DNA of 64,000 nucleotides from a virus: IMG/VR virus record IMGVR_UViG_3300028025_002044, positions 12,450 to 76,449 of that record; one strand, 5' to 3'. Shown piece by piece: positions 52,701 to 59,078 of this stretch (position 1 is its first letter; each line of letters starts with the position of its first letter). The notes under the pieces were generated by a model. It saw only the letters and a program-made list of their open reading frames with translations, ran no database searches and was not told where the DNA came from. The position numbers and the translations under genes were made by a program.

Positions 52701-55700
52701 GGTGTCAACAATTGACGAGTACTTCTCTTTGAATTCCTTGGTAGTGGCTACCCTAACCCACGGCTGAGTGCTGGCCATGTGGCTAGCGACCTGAAGTACG
52801 CCATAGTTGGTTCGAGTAAGCACGGCATCGATTTTGTCTTTGATGTAATCGATATTGTAGATATCATTGTCTACAATGTCGGTATCAATGTCATCGTTGC
52901 CCTTGATGTCTGTCTCGCCTAGGAACTTTAGAACCTTGTTGGCTAGCTTCGCTATCTTTTCACCGAATCGGAAGCTCTTAGATAGAGGCAGTGTAACATC
53001 TCTACCAATAAGATCAATGGCGTCTACAGTACCGCGGAAAGCGTTAATCTGCTGGTACTTGTCACCCACAACTATGGTTTGAATACCATTGTTGTGCAGA
53101 GTCTGCTGCTTCTTGAATATGTCGTAGGCAACTGGGTTCATGTCCTGAGCCTCGTCAACCATGATGAACTGAGGAACTTTATTAAGACCGTTTATGCTCT
53201 TGCCAGTTCTAGGGTCATACTCAGCTAGGTTAGGGTTAGTGAGCTGCCAGTTCTTAAACATGTAGTCGAAGTCAGGAATCATCTGCACTGTGCTTGGGTC
53301 GTAAGGAGTCTGGATGTGCTTCCAAATCATTCTGGCTTTCTTAATTAGCTGCTCAGGGAATATGGTCTCATCCAATTCACCCCTAGCTATAACCTTAGGG
53401 TCCTGGAACTGCTTGTAATCAAACGGAGACTTGCTTAGTTCGTGGAAGAAGTGCTCTTTTGATACCTCTGGGTCGGCAGTCAATACCCATGCATTTACAG
53501 CGGCCATTGTAAGTCCAGCAGCAACTCGTGCCGGAAGTTTGATGCCGTTAGACAGCACGATGTCTTTAAATCCAAACATCTCTGCAATATCTCTAGTGTT
53601 GTTGCGAGTTATAGGAGCGTTTTCTCCACTCTGGTTTTTAGCGTTCTTATACGTCAGATACTTCGTCTTCATATCCTTGTTAACATCAGCCATGAATGAC
53701 AGAGAGTCGAAGGTGCGAGACTCTACGTTTCCTGGCATCCTAGTCTCAGCTTCAAGTCGGTTTTGGCGGTTGTATACCGCGTATAGACCGTGCTTCTCTG
53801 GGAAGAACTTTTTCATCATTCGAGCGATAGATTCCAGAACTGTAGTTTTACCTGAACCTGCGAATGCCTGAATAACTAAGTTAAATCCAGCCTTTGCACC
53901 TTGAAGAATTCTTTTTCCTTCGGGGGTAGGCTTAGGCTTGAAAAGGCCCTCGTCTAGTTCAACCTTGTCAATTTCCTCTAGTACAGCAGCCTGCTCTTCT
54001 TCGGTAGGCTTCTTAGGTTCAGACTCTTGGAAAGCCATAAATTGAGGCTTACTGCGGTCTTGAGCTTGGCTCTCAGCAATACCGTTAAGGATGTCAACAG
54101 CGTTGTCAAGTAGCGCCTGAGCCTCGGCTTCTCCGTCACCGGACTCTTGAGTGGTGAACAAATCGATAGCACGCTTAGACAAATACTCGGCCATGCGTGC
54201 TTCGTACTCTTCGGCGTGGAAGTCGTACTCTTCTTGGTTCCAGCCATTAGTAGATGCCGCATAGTTAAATTCAGGACCGCCTACAGCCTTCCCATCTAGA
54301 CCGCGCTGCAGCATGTTCTTGAGTACTTCGTAGGTCGAAACAGTATCAGAGTCAGCTTCGTGACGTCCGTTGTTCGATAGGCCGAAGTAGTTTACAAGAG
54401 CCTCTAGGGTGTGAGCAGGCTTTTGAGTTCCGTAGTCGTTAATGATAAACGGAGCGTCAGGAGTCTCTTGACTCCATCTAGGCATTAGGTACCGAGCTAG
54501 ACCTAGGGTGTCAATAAAACCACCGTAGTTAAACTCAGGGAGTCCAGCTTCGCGTAAAGTACGGTTAAGAACTTCAATATCAAATACGAATCCGTTGTGA
54601 CCCGCGATGATAGAACCCTCAGGGATGCTGTCTAGGAACATCTGCATAGCTTCTTTTTTGCTAGGCTGCTGTCTTAAGAACGCGCTATTTACACGTCCGC
54701 CCTGGCCGTCTCCAACGTTAGTCAAAACCCAAGAGCTGACCTTCGATTCAGGGTTGATGTAGGTAGACATCTGGCTGTCAATTTTTCCGTTAGAAATTTT
54801 AACGATAGCCATCTGAATAGGATCGTTTTTAATTTCTGGGTCAATCGGCTCGAATAGACCGGTGGTCTCGAAGTCAAAGACATAGATATCCTTTGAGTAC
54901 AGGAAGTCCACTAAGTCTTGGTAGTTGTCAACGTCACGTAGTCCATCGAAAGCAGGTCCGATGAATGCCGGTGGATCAAAACGCTTCATCTGAGGTCTAG
55001 GGTTGTCCTCGAAAGCCATGAGCTGAGGACGATCGGCCATAGAACCAGCTCGGTATGCGCCAATAGTCTCGTTGACAAAAGACGAAAGCTCGGTTAGGAA
55101 CTCCATCATTGCCTTAGATGGGCGATTTAGCTTTCCGTAGGTGTGGACCTCGCCAGCATCAATTAGACCATCGCGCACTCTGGCTAGAACTTCATTTACT
55201 TCTGCAGGAGTTGGGAGGTTCTTGTTCTTAAGAGTCATCTTAGGTTGAAGAAGGCTGAGGTCAGTGATTGCACCTTGGATGAGCTTTCTACCTTGAGGAG
55301 TCACTACTTTCTCCCCTAGAGCGTCGGCTAGTCCAGACTGCATTACGTTTAGTAGTTGCCTAAATAGGTCTAGGTCAGCTTTTAGCGCCGCTCTTTGAAG
55401 CTCGGCTACCCTAAGGTCTTCGAACTCTTGGTCACCGGTAGTTGGCTCCTGCCCCTCTATTTCAAGTGGCTTAACGCTATCTAATGATTCGCCAAGGTCG
55501 AGAAGTAGCTGATTTCTCAAAAAGCCTTCGTTGTACATTACCCAGCTGCCGTCAGACAGGGCGTTTTTTTCAAGATTTTCTACTGCAGTTATGGCTTTAG
55601 CTACAAACTTACGCATCTCTCGCTGGATAGGGATTGATCTTTTAGCTCTGTCCAGGTCCTGCTCTGCAAAACCAACGTAATTGTTGAACGTTGATACTAG

Positions 55701-58700
55701 GCGGTCAGAAAAGTCCTGCTCTTCTGGGGTAAGAGTTAACTTTGGAGTGTATCCATCTAGAGTGAACTTACTGTTACCACTGTTAAATCTGATGACAGAT
55801 TCAATAGCTTTCTTGTTTCCATACCACTCAGGTAGAACCATGTTGTCAATCGGTAGGCCGTACTCTACAGCTTGGATAACGTGAGGTCCGATGTTATCTG
55901 GAAGAGTGAACTTGGTCTTGTCATCGATAGGAAAAACTAGAGGACTGCCTACATCAAAGCGAGTGCCATTGTAGATGCTGAAATACTCGGACTGGAAGTT
56001 TTCTCTAGTGTCTTCAACTTCAGGCTCTACGTCCGCTGGCTCCGGGAGCGGGGGTAGGAAAACAGGAATACGTTCGAAGTTGTCATAAACTTTTTCGGTA
56101 CCGTCATCGAAAATTACGGTGTAGATACCGTCATCGTTCAGGATGTCGACGATACCCTTAGCAACGCCATCAATGACAATCTTGTCTGCGTTTTCGTCTC
56201 CATAGCGAAGGTCCTCAGCGAAAACATCGGTGGTTGGTAGTTCCTCTGGCTCATATGCTTCAGGGATAACAACGCCATCAACAAGCTCAATGTCATCATA
56301 GTTCTGACCGTTGGCAATTCTCTGGTTGACCAAAGTCTGAACGTAGTCAAGCTCGCGAGCCTTAAGGTCGTTCATAAACTGGTCGCCAACTTCCCTACGG
56401 GTTAGGTTTGGAACCTTGGCAAGAATCTCTGCGGCCTCTTCTTCGGAGATGAGTCCAGGGCGACGCTCAATCATGCGCTCTAGGGCTGCTAGCTGGCGCG
56501 GAGAAGCTCCGTTGTCTCCTAGGGTAGTGAAGTACTTACTCTGGGCCTCAGGGACGTACTGGTCCTTGTATGGGGCATCCTTGTGGTCTTCTAGCCACTC
56601 AGCCACCTCGGCGTCAGTCATGTCCTGGAACTCTTGCTGGAAGTTAGGGTAGTTTTCGTCTGGATTGTCGCCAGCGTCAATTAGGTCTTGTAGCTTGCGG
56701 TTCCTTAGGAATGACTCGACGGCTACGGTCTTACCTGGGGTAGGGGCGTACTTAACTAGAGACGAAGTGAGGAACTCAGGGGCTACATCCCTCTGACCCT
56801 TTTGAACAGCTACGTCCAGTGCGGTCGGTTTAGGGGTAGACAATGACTCAAGCAGAGCGTTGTCCTCGCGATCGTTCTTGCTTGCCCATGGCCAAGAGTT
56901 TACTTCCTGCAGAACAGGGTACATAGGGTCATTGCCCTGGTCCTTGGTGTAGTTGTACAAGTTTGCTAGAATCTCTACTAGGCGGTCTTCATTGCCTGCT
57001 GCAGGTCTGTGGGCAGCCAAAGCCTTCTTTAGCTTTTCGCGAATCTCGCTAGGAACTTTCCTCATGAACTGAGGGTAGCCTTTTTCATTTCTGGCATTAG
57101 GCTGCTGAGTCGAACGAATAATATCTGCAAACGCGGTAGCCTCGGCTAGTGTGTAATTGCCAGGGTTTTGAGACATATCATCAAAGAGCTCACCGACTGC
57201 TGGGTCAGAGATGATGTGAGTGTCGAAAGCTTGGTATGTTGCGCCAGACCCTCCGCTTTTACCTTTGGTAGGTATCCACGCTGCAACAGCAGACTCGGCT
57301 GTGTCATCAGGGTCATCCCCGCCTTTTTCTAGACGTTCGCGCTGGTACTGGGCATCATCCTTAACACGGTTGCGTAGCTCCTCTAGAGCGTTGTCATCCG
57401 CGAAGCGCATGAATGGAGGGTTGACGTTCTCCATTTCTTCTGGGTCCCAGCTGATGACTGGAAGATTGGTAGTAGCCGAACTAATGATGTCTTTAACGTC
57501 ATCCCAGCTAAAACCAACACCGGTTGGAGTTCCTAGCATCTGAGATGCGTTTAGGTCATAAACTTCAAAGCTGTCTGGAATACTGACCTGGTCTGCAACT
57601 GGAGTAACCTCGTCGCGAATAGGGTCGTAGACATTGTTAAGCACAGTGCCCAGAGAGCCGGTGCCAAACCTAACAAAGTTCTTGCCATCCTTGCTCTGGT
57701 AGTAGCCGTCTGAAATTTTTTCCCAGTCTTCAGGCATGTTAGCGTCAGGGTCTACTGGCTCGTAAACTTCAGCTGGAATGTCTTCAAGTGCTGGCTCAGG
57801 CTGTGCCTCTGGCTGCTCGGTAGTTGTGGTGGCAGGCGTAGGCTCGTTCTCTGTGTCTGGGTAATCACGGTCTTCCTGGGTAGCAAGAAGCTGAGTAGAT
57901 GCCCAGTCCTGAGCATAGCCAACTACTTCTTCCTGGCCGCGCTTGCTAGATACAAGCTCGTAAACTGGCTTGTCTGGGTTTAGCTGGTCAGTACCAAACT
58001 GCCCAATAATCTTTGCGCCAAACTTTTCCTGAGCCTCAGCGATACGCTTTTGAAGTGCGTCGGTAGGCTTGTTGTACAGGCTGGCTTGGTAGCCGTCGCC
58101 GGTAACGAAGCTACGGTCTGAAGCGACCTTGTTAGTTAGACCTCTAACTGCAGGGCCAACCTTAGTTGAGTACCAGCTAGTAGGTAGGTCCTTACGCTTT
58201 AGGTCTTTGATATCAACAAAAGGAACGTTAGAGTTCTTAGCCATAGGAACTAGGTTCGAAACGGCGTGCTCCGGAAGAATAGCCTTGAAGGTGTGAGTCA
58301 AGTTCGATGGAACGGTGTAGATGCCGTCCTTGAACCCCTTAACTCCAGTAACCTCGATGTCGATGCCGTTAGGGTCGTTCTCTGGAATACCAGCAACCTT
58401 ACCAACGATTGAGTAAATGCTCGAGCCGCGGCGAGCGTAGAAGCGGATACCGCCACCCATCTCAGCAAATTGACCCTCGTCGTCACGGCGCTGACGGTTT
58501 GCACGCATTCTACGGTGCCATGAAGAGTTCTTACCTGCGTATGGGTTGCCAAATGCAACTAGAGGCTGAAGAGTTAGCTCTACAGGAACCTGGTCAGCTG
58601 CAAGAGCTTGTAGACGTACGATGTTAAACGCGTAGTCAACCGAGTATGGGTTGCTAGCGTAGACGGCAGCAACGATTGAACGTGCCTCGTCAGACTTGAT

Positions 58701-59075
58701 ACGTGGGTCTGATGCAATCCAGTTCGCTGTGAGCGTACGCAGGGTAGAAGCAGGTAGGTCGTGCTGAGCGGTCGAGCTAGGGTGCCCTAGAGGAAGCAAG
58801 TCGGTGTGAGACATTTCTCCGTTTGCTGACGGACCTTCTAATGCAAGAGTAAGGAAGTTTTGAACTTCTCGCAGAGCATTAAAGCACTGGACGTCGACTT
58901 CTAGAGATGCAGAAGCAATGATTGCTCGCTCTGCAACCGTAAACACAGCCTCGTCAGAAACGGTGCGACCTTTAGGTGCGTCAACAAGAGCTGACTCAAT
59001 AGTGTCAATAATTGAATCTTTAAGTGACTCATCTGGAGTGTTGTTACGGTCGAACTCTTCAATAAAGTTACTCAC
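49728..59075 (-). CDS. giant polyvalent protein (3115 aa): DEDDh exonuclease, UvrD-like SF1 helicase, ArdC-N ssDNA-binding domain + MPTase zincin
   Basis: FDFETTG...GHNG-x-x-FD...HEADSD; AFAGSGKTT...DEAQD...VGDKYQQI...KSFRF...HGAKGLE...YVALTRA; GIIPWKKPW...YRGLN; TLFHELTHSTG...REELIAEIGS. Confidence 0.9.
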   Translation of the reverse strand: MSNFIEEFDRNNTPDESLKDSIIDTIESALVDAPKGRTVSDEAVFTVAERAIIASASLEVDVQCFNALREVQNFLTLALEGPSANGEMSHTDLLPLGHPSSTAQHDLPASTLRTLTANWIASDPRIKSDEARSIVAAVYASNPYSVDYAFNIVRLQALAADQVPVELTLQPLVAFGNPYAGKNSSWHRRMRANRQRRDDEGQFAEMGGGIRFYARRGSSIYSIVGKVAGIPENDPNGIDIEVTGVKGFKDGIYTVPSNLTHTFKAILPEHAVSNLVPMAKNSNVPFVDIKDLKRKDLPTSWYSTKVGPAVRGLTNKVASDRSFVTGDGYQASLYNKPTDALQKRIAEAQEKFGAKIIGQFGTDQLNPDKPVYELVSSKRGQEEVVGYAQDWASTQLLATQEDRDYPDTENEPTPATTTTEQPEAQPEPALEDIPAEVYEPVDPDANMPEDWEKISDGYYQSKDGKNFVRFGTGSLGTVLNNVYDPIRDEVTPVADQVSIPDSFEVYDLNASQMLGTPTGVGFSWDDVKDIISSATTNLPVISWDPEEMENVNPPFMRFADDNALEELRNRVKDDAQYQRERLEKGGDDPDDTAESAVAAWIPTKGKSGGSGATYQAFDTHIISDPAVGELFDDMSQNPGNYTLAEATAFADIIRSTQQPNARNEKGYPQFMRKVPSEIREKLKKALAAHRPAAGNEDRLVEILANLYNYTKDQGNDPMYPVLQEVNSWPWASKNDREDNALLESLSTPKPTALDVAVQKGQRDVAPEFLTSSLVKYAPTPGKTVAVESFLRNRKLQDLIDAGDNPDENYPNFQQEFQDMTDAEVAEWLEDHKDAPYKDQYVPEAQSKYFTTLGDNGASPRQLAALERMIERRPGLISEEEAAEILAKVPNLTRREVGDQFMNDLKARELDYVQTLVNQRIANGQNYDDIELVDGVVIPEAYEPEELPTTDVFAEDLRYGDENADKIVIDGVAKGIVDILNDDGIYTVIFDDGTEKVYDNFERIPVFLPPLPEPADVEPEVEDTRENFQSEYFSIYNGTRFDVGSPLVFPIDDKTKFTLPDNIGPHVIQAVEYGLPIDNMVLPEWYGNKKAIESVIRFNSGNSKFTLDGYTPKLTLTPEEQDFSDRLVSTFNNYVGFAEQDLDRAKRSIPIQREMRKFVAKAITAVENLEKNALSDGSWVMYNEGFLRNQLLLDLGESLDSVKPLEIEGQEPTTGDQEFEDLRVAELQRAALKADLDLFRQLLNVMQSGLADALGEKVVTPQGRKLIQGAITDLSLLQPKMTLKNKNLPTPAEVNEVLARVRDGLIDAGEVHTYGKLNRPSKAMMEFLTELSSFVNETIGAYRAGSMADRPQLMAFEDNPRPQMKRFDPPAFIGPAFDGLRDVDNYQDLVDFLYSKDIYVFDFETTGLFEPIDPEIKNDPIQMAIVKISNGKIDSQMSTYINPESKVSSWVLTNVGDGQGGRVNSAFLRQQPSKKEAMQMFLDSIPEGSIIAGHNGFVFDIEVLNRTLREAGLPEFNYGGFIDTLGLARYLMPRWSQETPDAPFIINDYGTQKPAHTLEALVNYFGLSNNGRHEADSDTVSTYEVLKNMLQRGLDGKAVGGPEFNYAASTNGWNQEEYDFHAEEYEARMAEYLSKRAIDLFTTQESGDGEAEAQALLDNAVDILNGIAESQAQDRSKPQFMAFQESEPKKPTEEEQAAVLEEIDKVELDEGLFKPKPTPEGKRILQGAKAGFNLVIQAFAGSGKTTVLESIARMMKKFFPEKHGLYAVYNRQNRLEAETRMPGNVESRTFDSLSFMADVNKDMKTKYLTYKNAKNQSGENAPITRNNTRDIAEMFGFKDIVLSNGIKLPARVAAGLTMAAVNAWVLTADPEVSKEHFFHELSKSPFDYKQFQDPKVIARGELDETIFPEQLIKKARMIWKHIQTPYDPSTVQMIPDFDYMFKNWQLTNPNLAEYDPRTGKSINGLNKVPQFIMVDEAQDMNPVAYDIFKKQQTLHNNGIQTIVVGDKYQQINAFRGTVDAIDLIGRDVTLPLSKSFRFGEKIAKLANKVLKFLGETDIKGNDDIDTDIVDNDIYNIDYIKDKIDAVLTRTNYGVLQVASHMASTQPWVRVATTKEFKEKYSSIVDTVRWLMRESANSRRPEDPPFKYNRKPNNFYTPLVGLRTWEDLIDRKQNSNDAEVNAIFNIVSKIQRDFEKRSVIDAIDQLEEIVANLRVKTKGFSLPEKLKGQKYLPKEGKLGNGIKYKVDGDMLKVMDTGERFYSTDEQERSGTYNNRLTLRNAGFESRYREIAGQVDKNGKPKMEYWYEKPIEGADKVAGGSDLVEQLTAALSGSDANLIATNTHGAKGLEYDRVVIWDDFFNPDSEKEPEEGQPAPEFPKWQDPEELRIAYVALTRAIKVLYPGSLAFFVDGNFEKTGKEKKAPTNKPDTVTISNSAVSPELTKERAEISAKIAEIETSGEANKFVKEIAALEKELAKVDKKIADERKANSKKPQLMSFAGEPGEFNYPAYNEQMIANIEKSIDEAKRELSRKPADREVAYLPDEELERQISSLEQQIADIQADPDYFKKIDQSNLATAKEALQQLLSGNLDPKLLTYAERWALRSPTGSLGGSAGKNRSMILGLRAKIEELSLRLGESDGTQTENLMLMAFDAADNIDDNQAVTPKPGELGSDENPIKVDLTEEIKSVNKSNQEVVSTVVASILEAMEKGIIPWKKPWTGEGGFLPTSGATGRVYRGLNLLALMAVGMNREYQGTRWYTKNAISKLGGYVNKREDGKDPGVIITFVSTKKYDKEEQVQVPDPDNPDKTKTETRTVTKKFAKMGLDIVYNEDEIQGIELPQLVRKDPPAISEVEGIVLDSYTDKPAIEYIPQDSAYWSPTEDVIRLPLRNQFGSTEEHLDTLFHELTHSTGHQNRLDRKDLLANYGTHKDVRAREELIAEIGSAILAQMMNVNTSIENVAAYVQSWAEWLKGDPNALHEAASLASKAVEHILGGYWASVDGMVDLNEETEAKTVEAIEMPQGEITGEDGTSGGLGKGVNYRIEGESVILMGNTAANKEIIKGTGIVPEGKKRPFSFIFHGRNKYWFVTLSGETGLGDRMRILSELKKNLDGDATITPA

Positions 59076-59078
59076 TTG

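Noticed and set aside
35655-57420. Met of the P-x-[LF]-M-x-F motif as internal translation starts
   Set aside because: No consistent Shine-Dalgarno upstream, and conservation includes residues before the Met with synonymous codon variation. Disfavoured but not formally excluded.
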